Shown piece by piece: positions 25,704 through 37,833 of a stretch of DNA of 64,000 nucleotides. The notes beneath the pieces were generated by a model. It saw nothing but the letters and a program-made list of their open reading frames with translations, was not told the DNA's origin and searched no databases. A program made the position numbers and the translations under genes. Position 1 is the stretch's first letter. Each line of letters begins with the position of its first letter. Source of the stretch: Eledone cirrhosa (lineage: Eukaryota); contig OZ024743.1 of NCBI GenBank assembly GCA_964016885.1, positions 36,828,001 through 36,892,000 on the forward strand, read 5' to 3'.

Positions 25704-26209
25704 CTCCCCAAGACCCAAGATGGCGAGACAAAGCAGGTAGTTCATGATGATCCCATTCTTTGACAGCAAGTTGTGATGACACTGGTCATAACCTGTATCA
25801 ACATTTTGGACATTATCGATATTGAGAGAGAAGACTTTCCTGTATGAGCAAATGAAGGTCTTAAAACACCTTACCCAGGCAATCTCATCATCAGTTAGTC
25901 ATGGGTGCATAATCCATGGCCAGTCATAACTGAATGAGGTCCTTTCCTATATCATCTTCGTTATGAATCAATTATAAATATAGCATGACAATGAACAGTG
26001 ATGTGTATGCAAGCAGACAAGCACATAGCTCCTTACAGAACAAAACAAAGACATGAAATGTATAGGAACTTTACAGTAATTTGTAATCATACCTTTTTGG
26101 TGCCATGATAAAATGTACCCAGTACATTTTGTAAAGTGATTGGCAACCAAACATAAACAATATAGTGAAGTAAGGACTTCTTAATCTGGTTGAGCATGTG
26201 ATAACGTCT

Positions 26210-26545
26210 CTAGTGGTGGTGTGACAATAAAATGCACCCAGTACTCTCTGTAAATCGGAGTGCTGGTGTGACAATAAAATGCACCCAGTATTCTCTGTAA
26301 ATCGGAGTGCTGGTGTGACAATAAAATGCACCCAGTACTCTCTGTAAATCAGTGCTAGTGCCACAGTAAAATGCACCCAGTACTCTCTGTAAAGTTGTTA
26401 ACATTATGAATGACATACGGCAAGAGAAATCATGCCAAATATGAAGTATATGAACAAAAAGAGGTTTTTTTCTGACCCATCTAGTCATGATAACACTTCC
26501 AACCCATGCCAGCATGGAAAGCAGATATAAAATCATAATGATGAT
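26210..26545 (+). repeat. ~44-47-bp tandem repeat (x4) leading into a degenerate RTE-type tail
   Basis: gtgacaataaaatgcacccagtactctctgtaaatcggagtgctg repeated; resembles the aaaagcacccag.acactgtaaa module of the RTE 3' UTR; ends cccatgccagcatggaaagcag…gatgatg. Confidence 0.75.
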
Positions 26546-26662
26546 GCAGACAGAATACACAAAATATATTGCAAACTAACATAGTATTTATCCTTATGAT
26601 AAAGCAAGAATTACTTTCTGCAATATTAGTTAAATGTAATTAAATTAAGAAAATATAATTAC

Positions 26663-26751
26663 GAATCGCATCCATCTTGAGCAAATCCGCTGATAATGAA
26701 TTGTTTTCCGGCTCTGACACCTCCAGATATATGCTGAGTACAGGGTGTGAC
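26663..26751 (-). CDS. Galectin exon: start of CRD1 (VTPCTQHISGGVRAGKQFIISGFAQDGCD-)
   Basis: tttctatttttag|GTC ACA CCC…GAT TC|gtaatt; 89 nt, phase 0 to 2; joins in frame to 19181 (TC+T = Ser, then FHINF). Confidence 0.92.
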
Positions 26752-26859
26752 CTAAAAATAGAAAAAATATATCACAGTTTAAACATAACTTTATACATAA
26801 ATAAATATATATATATAAATTAATAAAAATAATGAATAAAAACAAAGAAACAGTTCCTT

Positions 26860-28330
26860 ATATTAATAAATTCATCATTTTACCATCGTTTCTAGGATAT
26901 ATATCTGTGTGTGTTGGTATGTATATCATATAGATCTATGTAAAATTTTTACAAACTATCAGAGGGAATATACATACCTACACATATATATGCTGTCTTC
27001 AGAAATAATGATATTTGTTTATTGAAAATAACCAACAAAGATTTAATATAATAGGTCTGTTTGGGAACAGGTTTTGAATTGACCAATAGAAAGGTAGTAA
27101 GTGGTCAAGATAGTAGATAGTAGTAATAGAACTTTAATTTAGGGGTAGAGGAAAGCAGATTTCAGTTTTGAATGGAAAGAGTATAATGAATGAAAAGATT
27201 ATTTGGGGGATGAAAATAGGTCAAATCGGTAAAAGGTACGCGAAAATTTGATGTTATAAAAGAATAATGCTAATGTAAATATCTAAAGAGAATAACATTT
27301 TACGATAAATGTGTTAGTGAAAAATATCAATCTTATTAAAAACATAAGGAATTTACATCTATAAAACGAAAATAAATTAATTAAATTGATAGGTATATTT
27401 ATATTGATAAATTTATATTAATTCATATAGATATGATAAATAAGAGTTAGATGTAATTGAAGAATGCTGTTAAAACCAAAGGGAAAATAAAAAAATAATT
27501 ATTATTATTATTGGGGGGGGGGGGTAAATTTATTAGTGAGAAATAACAAATTTATATAGATTATAAGGAATATAGATTCATAACCTGAAATTAAAATAGT
27601 TTATATGTATACTTATTGGTATAAATTTTAGGAAAAGATAGCTGTAAAAGGGAAATAAAATTATGCAGTTCAATAGTAGTAGAATATTAATTATAGGTTA
27701 ACTAATTTAGAAAAAGTGTTATTATAATAAATTGTAAAGTGTATATTAATTAGGTTTATAATATTTAAAAGTTTTTCTCAATTTATGATTACATGATATA
27801 ATTAATTCCTGTCACTTATTTAATAGGATATCCTTAGATTTCATTATTTCAAAAAGTTCCTGGGAACATAATCTACATTCATATCTATTATTTTGATAAG
27901 GGGTGGCCCTTTTGAGCACACTCCAGGTCAGGTTATAATCTCTATTCCTTTTTCTATAATTATTAATTATTTCAGCTAAGGATGTTGTATTAGCTAATGC
28001 GGCATTTTTAAAACTGTGTTTGTGGGTATTAAATCTTACTTTAAATTGGTTAGAAGTAGCTCCTATATATGAATAAGTTGAGTCCTTAGTGTTAATTTTA
28101 CATTTATATACTATGTTATTAATAAGGCAATTTCCTTTTAATGGGCAATTTGCTTTGTTTCTACAGTTACAACCTTTCATGAATGCTGTATCAGAGGAGA
28201 TAGTCAAATTAGGTGTGGAATTTTCACGACTTGTTGTATGTGAATGAGATGGTGGTTTGCTGTGGTTTATTTTAGTATTATGGTTAGTTTGATGTATTGG
28301 TGGTATATTCATGGTTTTTTTACATTTATA
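26860..28330 (-). mobile_element. Penelope-like element 3' portion (GIY-YIG endonuclease + AT-rich 3' region + hammerhead)
   Basis: ORF 27812-28312: CNC…CPL.GNC…IVYKC…YIG…FKVRFNTHKHSF…CRLC.QE…LLNK, i.e. a PLE GIY-YIG domain with an upstream Cys cluster. Confidence 0.88.
26873..27010 (-). ncRNA. Type I hammerhead ribozyme motif at the 3' end of a Penelope-like element
   Basis: Minus strand: cattattt-CTGAAGA-(long stem II)-GAAAC-gatg-GTA-aaatgatg; stem I arms are complementary; predicted cleavage after GUA (26881). Confidence 0.7.
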
Positions 28331-28349
28331 TGCATTATAGGCACTTATC

Positions 28350-28390
<41 letters not shown>

Positions 28391-28497
28391 AGAAAGGAAA
28401 AAAAAGGAAAAAGGAAAGTGGAGGGAAAAAGAAAAGGGAGGGAAAAATAAACAAAAACTAATGTGGCCGTGTAGGTAACATGGTAAAAAGCTCCCAG

Positions 28498-28672
28498 TCC
28501 ACACTGTAAATGTGGTTGGTGTTAGGAAGGGCATCCAACCATAGAAAACCTGCCAGATAGTCCTATAAGAGCGAAACACGGTCACCCGACAAATCTTTCC
28601 TCAAGTGGGACAACTCCCATCCCATCTAACCCATGCTAGTGTGGAAGATAGACGTTAAATGATTATGATATT

Positions 28673-28706
<34 letters not shown>

Positions 28707-28873
28707 CATCATTTAACGTCTATCTTCCACACTAGCATGGGTTAGATGGGATGGGAGTTGTCCCACTTGAGGAAAGATTTGTCGGGTGACCGTGTCTCGC
28801 TCTTATAGGACTATCTGGCAGGTTTTCTATGGTTGGATGCCCTTCCTAACACCAACCACATTTACAGTGTGGA
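28498..28873. repeat. Fold-back inverted duplication of an RTE tail, centred on (AT)n
   Basis: 28498-28668 is the near-perfect reverse complement of 28704-28873. Confidence 0.92.
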
Positions 28874-28874
28874 T

Positions 28875-29053
28875 TTGGCTTACATAAGGCTAGCTATGGA
28901 ATTAATTATAATGAATAAATGCTTTATGTAATCACACCATCTTTCTTAATATTATTCTTATATATATATATATTAATATTATGAAAGATGCTGCGATTAC
29001 ATAAAGCATTTATTCATTATAATTAATTCCATAGCTAGCCTTATGTAAGCCAA
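28875..29053. repeat. Second fold-back palindrome (~78-bp arms), centred on (AT)n
   Basis: ttggcttacataaggctagctatggaattaatt… / …aattaattccatagctagccttatgtaagccaa. Confidence 0.92.
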
Positions 29054-29579
29054 GATGCAGTATTTGCACTTGTTGCTGGCATGGGAGCAATTTCCTCAGA
29101 TGAATATGCGTTTATGTGATATACTGCAGGCAAAAACATGTTCTTCTTGCATACCCAGCAAACATATGGGCTCCTAAAAAGGTCATTCCAGCTATTGTGT
29201 TTACAATTTGTGGGGTGTGGTGTGATTGATCTATCAATTAGCAATCCTGACCTTCTCAACTGTCTATAGTTCTGAGATTGTAAGTCATCAAAAAGTTATC
29301 TTTCTCTTCTTATACGAGGGTAGGAAGATGGTCCAGACATCTACAAGCACTGTTTCTATATTTGGGTTAGATAGTAGGTGCAATAAAAGAACGTTGCGGG
29401 TGGGCAATAAAACCATGGTGATGACAGCTACAACCATAACAACAACATTGACAATAGCAACTAATATGGCCTCAACAATGACAACAATAACAGTCATGGT
29501 GATAATGACACCTACAACAGCAACACTAACAACCACCACTACAACAATAATAATAATAATAATATACAAAAGGGTAATG

Positions 29580-29915
29580 GGTAAAGACCCCCTTTGGTCA
29601 CAAATGACCAAAGGATCTGCCCTAGAAAGTTCCCCTCCAAGGCACATGTCTGGGTAAGATTGTTCATAGAAGATCAGCAGTTGCTCATGCATACCGGTCC
29701 CCACTCTCCATGCCACCGATGTTCAAGAGAAAGATAAAGACTGATACAACTTGGAACCAGTGATATCGCAACTCATTTCTACAACTGAGTGAACTGCAGC
29801 AACATAAAATAAAGTGTCTTGCTCAAGGACACAAAGTGGCACCCTATTCAGGAAGCCAACTCTCAACCTCATGAGTACAAAACCAATGCTCTAACTAGTA
29901 AGCCATTCACCTTCA
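29580..29915 (-). mobile_element. SINE family S2, full-length form
   Basis: Homologous along its length to 11898-12233. Confidence 0.8.
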
Positions 29916-29989
29916 CAACACTAAAATACAAATGTATATATATTAGTGTAGTGAATTTCATTATATATATATATATATATATATATACA

Positions 29990-30591
29990 TACGAAGGCAA
30001 TCCCAAAAGTAAGGTCTCCAAAGCGATGGGAGACGCAGAGAAACTGTTCATACGGCTGTTGGCAACACTGTTGTGATTGGTGCTTCCTTCACTCCCAAAT
30101 AAGCATGCGCGCGCTTCGCTGGGATGCTCAATCGATTGAAATTCATCGTCAATTGACGGAAGTGTATGGACAGCCGTGCATAGATGTCAAAAAGAGAGCA
30201 TCCAGAGTGATCCGCCAATCTTTACGCATGTTTTCCTCAACCTTTGCGACTGTCTCCCACTGTAAACTCTCTACACCACTTGCGAACATTGTTGACATCC
30301 ATGCATGACTGTCCATACACTTCCGTCAATTGGCAATGAATTTCAATCGGTTCAACACCTTTTGCGTTCAAAAACCGAATAACTGCGCGAACTTCGTACT
30401 TGGCGGTAGCGTTCAACGGGAGCTCCATTCTCAATGGCTGCCAAGCCAAGATTGAGCATCCCAGCGAAGCGCGCGTATGCTTGTTTGGGAGTGAAGGAAG
30501 CACCAATCACAAGTGTTGCCAACAGCCGTACGAACAGTTTCTCTGCGTCCCCCATCGCTTTGGAGACCTTACTTTTGGGATTGCCCTCGTA
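29990..30591. mobile_element. Non-autonomous mariner derivative made of two inverted 5' ends
   Basis: TIRs tacga(a/g)ggcaatcccaaaagtaaggtctcca at both ends in TA context; minus-strand ORF MELPL…YEVRAVIRFLNAKG..PIEIHCQLTEVYG…VRKWCREF is a mariner N-terminal HTH. Confidence 0.9.
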
Positions 30592-32049
30592 TATATATAT
30601 ATTATATATATATATATAATTATCTAACACAATTATCTATGTACTCTCAGGTCTTGAATAATCGTCCCCCTGTTTACTAATTTTTCAGATTTGTTTTCTA
30701 CCTCCACCCCCTATTATTTACGATCCAAGAATAAGGAAGATATAGAAGTTTAGAGATATCAAACAATGAAGGGATGATTCAGAAAAGCACTAAACAAACA
30801 ATTTGTTAAGAAGATGGAAACCTATAAAACAGACAACAACTTTCCTGCAAAACAACATCCTGAATGCTACTAACTCAATCTGTGGCTAATGCAGGACTCC
30901 AGTCAACAGGTGACATGTTGGTGGAATAGTAACGTAGAATTCAACAAAGCTTAGAGGCAGGCCTGAAAGAAAGAAGACTGTTCAGAACAATACCAAATAG
31001 CTAAAATAGAAGCTAGTCAGAAAGTATACCCAGAGCTTGTGGGCAACTAGGTATTTAGTACCCTAGGCTAGTTCCACAATGGTTGCTCCACTTTCCCTAA
31101 TTATATGTTCATTCTCCTAAATAAAATTATTTAAACTTTCAGTTTGATGAGCTGACAAACCTAGTTTTCAACACTTCTTGCCCTAATCACACAAAGAAAA
31201 TTAGTAAGCCTGCATTTTTCACTACATAGTCCACATTCACCCATTCCAAATCATGAGAGGTCATAAACATCATACGAGCTTCTCCACTATTTTGAATAAT
31301 TCCATAATGCCTCTATGCAGTAAATATGATTAGTGATATGTATGTATATATGTATGTGTGCATGTATGTATGCATATATATGTGTGCATGTATGTTATGT
31401 ATGGTCCCATAACTCTTGAGGGAGTTGTAGGTGTGCCGCATTAAAATACAGTGTTGGAGCCCAATGGAGCCCATCTCGTTTCTTGGTCTGAATTTGGCAA
31501 ATTTCTTCTAGAGGAGGATAGAGAGTGAGAGAGTGTACAAAAGATTATTGATACATCATTAGGAAGAAGTGTGTATGGAATAACAGCACACTTGCCCTTA
31601 CTAACACTGAAAATACTTAACTCCTGTTAGAATCATAAGGATGGCATCTTGAGCACTTTTTAAAACCTGCTGGAGCCCATCTCTCTCTAGGTTTAAACAC
31701 AGTTGATTATTTCCAGAGAAACAGAAAGATAGAGATGGCAGAATCCAGTATTGGAATTGTACTTTACTTATTGATTTCAAAAGGATAAAAAGGAAATTTG
31801 ACCTCAGCAAGATCGCAGAGAGCTGAAACAAATACCATGAAGCATTCTATCTGACACACTCATGACTGCAAAATTGCCAGTTTAATATATAGATTCATAT
31901 AAACCTTAATCATTTCATGAATGTAAGCTTAATAAATAGACACTGTTTCAATTAATGTTTAATATAATCATTATATTGGAGGATATTAGTAAAATATCTA
32001 TAAATTCATATGTTAATCTGGTGTTGACCAGCTGAAATAAAACAAATTA

Positions 32050-32345
32050 CTTCATACTTGTTTGAGGAACTGGTGCAGTAATGCACAAGATTCAGCACTC
32101 AGTCATCAGAAGAAATGAGGTAGGTGTAAAAGCCAAACACTATCTTCAACCCTACCCTTATCTATGGTCATGAATCTTAGGTTATGACCAAAAGAATATT
32201 TTGGCTCCAGGTAGAGCCATAACTTCTCCAATACTATGGATATGTGTTGAGAATGTCTCTAGACATATTTTAAAGACAAAGCCAAATCAATTGGAAATGG
32301 TTGCCTCGGATAGGACCTTCTGGAAGACTTCTCTGAGGAATTAGT
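32050..32345 (+). mobile_element. Degenerate RTE family B fragment
   Basis: Nucleotide similarity to 48040-48540 and to 63830-64000 (minus). Confidence 0.7.
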
Positions 32346-32904
32346 CTCAACCACCCAATAAAAAGATAAGAGGAGGTGGAGGAGATTTTGATCACAGTCT
32401 CAGGTGTGTTGGTATTAACTATTTCTTTACCATATTTCTAATGAAATACACTGCTTATATTTTTAATTATTTTTTTTTATTATTTAGAGGGATTTAGTAA
32501 TAAAATGAATTCTCTCGTTATCAAGAGTGTTTGGATCATTACTCTTTTGATAGCACATTTCTAATGAAATAAACTTTTCAAATAATTGTTAGAATTATCC
32601 AGAATTTGTAGGGATTTAATAGTATAACTTTCTCATTATTAAGTTGATGTTTGAAACATAACAAGGGGCTCTTACATAATATTATAGAACCATGAGTGGT
32701 TTCATATCAGTTGATATTAAAAGAGTTAAGTTGTTTAGCACTGGTCTCCTAAAAATGAAACTGTTGCGAGGCAAATATTCTGGATAGAGTGGCTGTATGA
32801 CAGTTACTTTACCCAGTATATCAAATAGGTATTGTTCAGCTATATCAAGAGTTTTCAAATTATGGCCTCAGAGCAACATACAGCCCTATGGTGCTTTGCA
32901 ATTA

Positions 32905-33512
32905 TTCTATTTTATTAAATCTACAATTTTGTATTGCAATAAAAGCCGTGACTTATGAGGACTCAAACATTGAAACAATATCAGATAAGATTCAAATAAA
33001 TGAAAAAAAAACACATTCGTTAAGAATTTAGCTCAATCCGTGTTTTCTGGTATTTTTGCCTACATGTAGCTCAAATAAACAATAACTATCATTTGATCTT
33101 TTGAGGTATTTATTTTTTGTTGTAAAATAAGTAAGCTCTTTAAATTGAAAAGTTTCCCTTATATCAAACTAGATAAAGTAACATATGATATTAATTTTCA
33201 GCCTGAGAAAATATAATCTAGCAACTGAAACCTCTTTGTGATTTTGATTCAAGACACTTAGCAGAAAAGGTTTGACATTAATCACAACATATTGTACAGC
33301 AAATAGATTAGTTGATTAAAGACCATCCCACTTTTGAGAGTTACACTATTGATAGTTACACTATCTAATTCCAAAGGTAACAAATACAATAAGAAGGCTC
33401 CACAGAGAGTAAATATGAGAACAAGATCACATTTTTGAATGGGTAAGTATCATAGCATAGAAACAAGATACAAGTTGCTAGGCAACAATAATAGGTGGGT
33501 GGTGCATCAGGT
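32905..33512. repeat. Local segmental duplication, copy 1
   Basis: About 600 bp nearly identical to 36507-37112. Confidence 0.95.
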
Positions 33513-33517
33513 AAATG

Positions 33518-34540
33518 ATATATAAAAAGTGCAGAGGAATCAAAATTGATGGAAGTTATGGAGGTGGGTAGATCCAGAAAAAACCTGGGACGAGATGATA
33601 AAAACAGACCTTGCTCACTTACACCTTTCTAAGACAATGTCACTGGATCGAGGTCTTTGGCGCTATGCAATAATACAGAAGACCCACCTTCACTTGTATA
33701 CAAACTTAAACCTACAGTCAGTATGCACTTCTTAACCCAATATACACCCCACCCCACACACCCTACTCCCTCCCCCCATTTCCGTCCACTGTAAAGTGGT
33801 CACGTAGGTGACAACAAAAAGCACCCAGAGCACACTGTAAAGTGGTCATTTAGGTGACATGGTAAAAAGGCTCCCAGTCCACACTGTAAATGTGGTTGGC
33901 ATTAGGAAGAGCATCTAGTTGTAGAAAACCTGCCAGAGACAGTTCTGTACGAGCGAAACCGATCTCGTCTCAAGTGGGACAAAACCGTCCAACCCATGCT
34001 AGCATGGAAGATGGTCGTTAAATGATGATGATGATGAAATATATATTATACACCTCTCAAAGGTGATGACACAGAACCAAGATCTCTGGCGATACACAGT
34101 AATATAGAAGACACGACTTCCCACGGGCACGAGCTGAAGTATTATATAGAGTATGCCCCACCCACCCTCCCACTGCAAAGTGGTCATGGAGGTGCCACGG
34201 CAAAAAAACACCCAGTCCACACTGTAAAGTGGACGTGTAGGCGCCACGGAAAAAAAGCACCCAGCACTCACTGTAAATGAGGTTGGTGTTAGGAAGGGTA
34301 TCCAGCTGTAGAAATCAAGCCAGAATCAGTTCCTGTATGAGCAAGACATGGTCAGCCGACCAGCTACTGCCTACAGCAGGACAACCAATCTAACCCATGC
34401 TAGAGTGGAAGGATGGACGTAAAATGATGATAGTCCTATACGAGCAAGACATGGTCACCCAACCAATCTTGCCTCAAATTTGGACAACTCCCATCCAACT
34501 CATGCTAGCGTGGAAGATAGGCATTAAACGATGATGATGA
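33518..34540 (+). mobile_element. Three stacked RTE family A 3'-end fragments
   Basis: Tails ending in (GAT)n at ~34037, ~34430 and ~34540; two different 3' UTR subtypes, matching 16470-17081 and 15960-16356. Confidence 0.88.
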
Positions 34541-34547
34541 TATATAT

Positions 34548-34712
34548 AACTCCAGAGTAACAAGACTCACAATTTAGCTTTAATAAAATGAATATATATA
34601 TATATATTCATTTTATTAAAACTAAATTGTGAGTCTTGTTACTCTGGAGTTTCATAAGCAGGCAAAACTCCAGAGTAACAAGATGCACTATTTAGCCTTA
34701 ATAAAACGAATA
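34548..34712. repeat. Triple alternating inverted repeat (A-A'-A), first pair centred on (AT)n
   Basis: aactccagagtaacaaga…taataaaa.gaata at 34548 (+), 34605-34652 (-) and 34665 (+). Confidence 0.85.
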
Positions 34713-36506
34713 TTTAAGCTACTTCGGTATTGAGTGCTCTTTTCTTTCGGCCATCAACTACATACATGTGCAGGTGTGTGCATATATACGGGTATATATA
34801 TATATCATTTAACATGTTTTTCCTACTAGCAATAATTGGATAGGTCATCAGAGACTAAGAACTGAATCAGAGCAATTAACCTTTCAGACAAGAAGGGGTG
34901 CATATCTTGCTTACATACATTCTTGCACTCTACAGAATGCACCTATGGATTTTATGGCACCAACACGAGAGAAGTTGTTGTGTCTTTGACACAGCTGAAG
35001 AGTTCTCCCAACCCTTTCTTTGGCAGGTATTCTATGGATAGATGTCCTTTCTATCACCAACTACTTTATAGAGTGTACCGAGTGTGTTTATCATATACAT
35101 CACCAACACTGAGAGGTTGTCATGCCGAAATACAACAGAAGAATCCTCTCAACCCTTTTTATGGCATGCTCTCTACACACATTTCCTCAACCCCATCCTG
35201 ATAATCTAACATTTTGTCACACAATACAGAAGACTACATGTCTCTGAACATCTTCACATAAAACGTGCAAACCTTTTTATGATTTGCTAAGTATACCTGT
35301 CTCCTAACCTCACTTCAAGCTATTTTGGTATTGCTCTCTATTACCCCCTTTTTACCCAGACCCGTCTCTGCTTTTATGGCTCTATCTACCCTATCGTTCT
35401 ACCACCACATCACTTTCTATCTTCCTGGGACCTTGCTTCCTTCACAGACCAGGTCTCTGACCTTGCATCCTTCACAGACCAGGTCTCTGACCTTCAGTAA
35501 GTTATCTCATAAACATCCCTAATTATTTTCAATGCTATGTTTCTGACTCCTTCCATATTGTAATATGCTTCAAGTAAGATTTTTCTGAATTCATTGCCAG
35601 CTGAGGGCTCTTTCATGCCTTTCTTCAGATTGGCTATTGTCTCCAAACTTGCCTGGCTCCTATCCTAAGATAACTGTTAACTATTTTTTGTTGGGAGGAA
35701 CATTCTTTCCAAGAGAAGGAGTAGGTATTTAATACCATTAATCTATCTCATTTCCTGGTGAGGATTAAGGCAATTTGGCTTGTATAACCCTTTTATTTGT
35801 AGGCAATCTGATGACTGGTTGATTTCCTAGAATTTATATTGCAAATATTTAGGTCATATGCATTGCAAAACTCCAGAAGCTTAGACCTCTCATTTTTCAT
35901 TCCAAACCAATGACCAGTTTTTCCCAACATGGCCATTCAAGTTGCCAACTATGATAATGAGGTATCTACCATTTGTCAGTATGAGGACTTCATAGAATTG
36001 ATCCTTCTAATCATCTGCATGTGGAGTGTATGCAGTGATTATAGTAGCTGTTGTACTGACCAAGTTTAATTATCCTATTATTCTATTACCCTGAATACTT
36101 CAATTACCTCCCCCCCCCCCATTTTTCAGCTAAGAGTATTCCTAGAATATGCTTCCTTTCATTAACTACCTTATAAGGAGTACTGGGTTCAATTTTTGTG
36201 ACACCTGCACTAGATAGATTGCCATATCATTACTGGAGGGCCCTTTCAATCCTTTTTGGCAGGGTTTCTACAGCTAGAAGATCTTCCTAAAACCATCCAT
36301 TTCACAGAAAGCATACTGGGTGTATTTTATTATGGCACCAGCATTAGAGTGGAGGCACATATATTGAAGATGCGATTTTGATCACAATTTTAATTTAAAT
36401 ATGAACTCTTTAGTAGGGATATTCACAGGTGTATTAACAATTAACAATTTCTTTACCATATTTCTAATCAATATACTGCCTATAGTATTTTAATTTTTTT
36501 TTTTTA

Positions 36507-37112
36507 TTATTTTTATTAAATCTACAATTTTGCATTGCAATAAAAGCCATGACTTATGAGGACTCAAACATTGAAACAATATCAGATAAGATTCAAATAA
36601 ATAAAAAAAAACACATTCAGTAATAAGAATTTAGTTCAATCCGTGTTTTCTTGTACTTTTGCCTACATGTAGCTCAAATAAACAATAACTATCATTTGAT
36701 CTTTTGAGGTATTTATTTTTGTTGTAAAATAAGTAAGCTCTTTAAATTGAAAAGTTTCCCTTATATCAAACTAGATAAAGTAACATATGATATTAATTTT
36801 CAGCCTGAGAAAATATAATCTAGCAACTGAAACCTCTTTGTGATTTTGATTCAAGACACTTAGCAGAAAAGGTTTGACATTAATCACAACATATTGTACA
36901 GCAAATAGATTAGTTGATTAAAGACCATCCCACTTTTGAGAGTTACACTATTGATAGTTACACTATCTAATTCCAAAGGTAACAAATACAATAAGAAGGC
37001 TCCACAGAGAGTAAATATGAGAACAAGATCACATTTTTGAATGAGTAAGCATCATAGCATAGAAACAAGATACAAGTTGCTAGGCATCAATATTAGGTGG
37101 GTGGTGCATCAG
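36507..37112. repeat. Local segmental duplication, copy 2
   Basis: Nearly identical to 32905-33512. Confidence 0.95.
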
Positions 37113-37119
37113 ATAATAG

Positions 37120-37157
<38 letters not shown>

Positions 37158-37355
37158 CAAAGGCAATGACACAAGACCGAGACCTAAATGAGGTTGGTGT
37201 TAGGAAGAGCATCCAGCTGTAGAAATCAAGCCAAATCAGTTCCTGTATGAGCAAGGCATGGTCAGCCGACCAGACACTGCCCACAACAGGACAACCCGTC
37301 TAACCCATGCTAGCATGGAAGAACAGACGTAAAACGGTGATGATGATGATGACAT

Positions 37356-37414
<59 letters not shown>

Positions 37415-37436
37415 TTGGTGCTCTGAAATAGCGATG

Positions 37437-37650
37437 TATATATGAATGTATATATAGTGTATTTGGTAATACACTGTATGCTTAATTAAAAGCATTTTGA
37501 AGACCTTACGCTATTGTTTTAAAGTAGTGACTGTTTGTTGAAAAAAGTGACAGTCACTACTTTAAAACAATAGCGTAAGGTTTTCAAAATGCTTTTAATT
37601 AAGCATACAGTGTATTACCAAATACACTATATATACATTCATATATATAT
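37437..37650. repeat. Near-perfect palindrome, ~98-bp arms, 15-nt loop
   Basis: tatgaatgtatatatagtgtatttgg…gtagtgactgt / acagtcactac…ccaaatacactatatatacattcata. Confidence 0.93.
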
Positions 37651-37685
37651 ATTCATTTTATTAAAGCTAAATTGTGAATATTTTT

Positions 37686-37833
37686 GACGCATAGAGTTAC
37701 GGCCTTTGCCATTCTGAGTTCAAATCCCGCCGAGGTTAACTTTACCTTTCATCCTTATGGGGGTCGATAAAATACAATACCAGTAATACACTGGGTAATT
37801 GCTGGCCTTGTGCCAAAAGTAGAAATAATTATT
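37686..37833 (+). mobile_element. SINE family S1 (5'-truncated)
   Basis: B box, core and tail; interrupts the duplicated copy of 34605-34660. Confidence 0.85.

Noticed and set aside
26210-26395. CRISPR-like regularly spaced repeats (also 17383-17535, 22715-22821, 40725-41015)
   Set aside because: Contiguous tandem units with no unique spacers, no cas genes, eukaryotic context.
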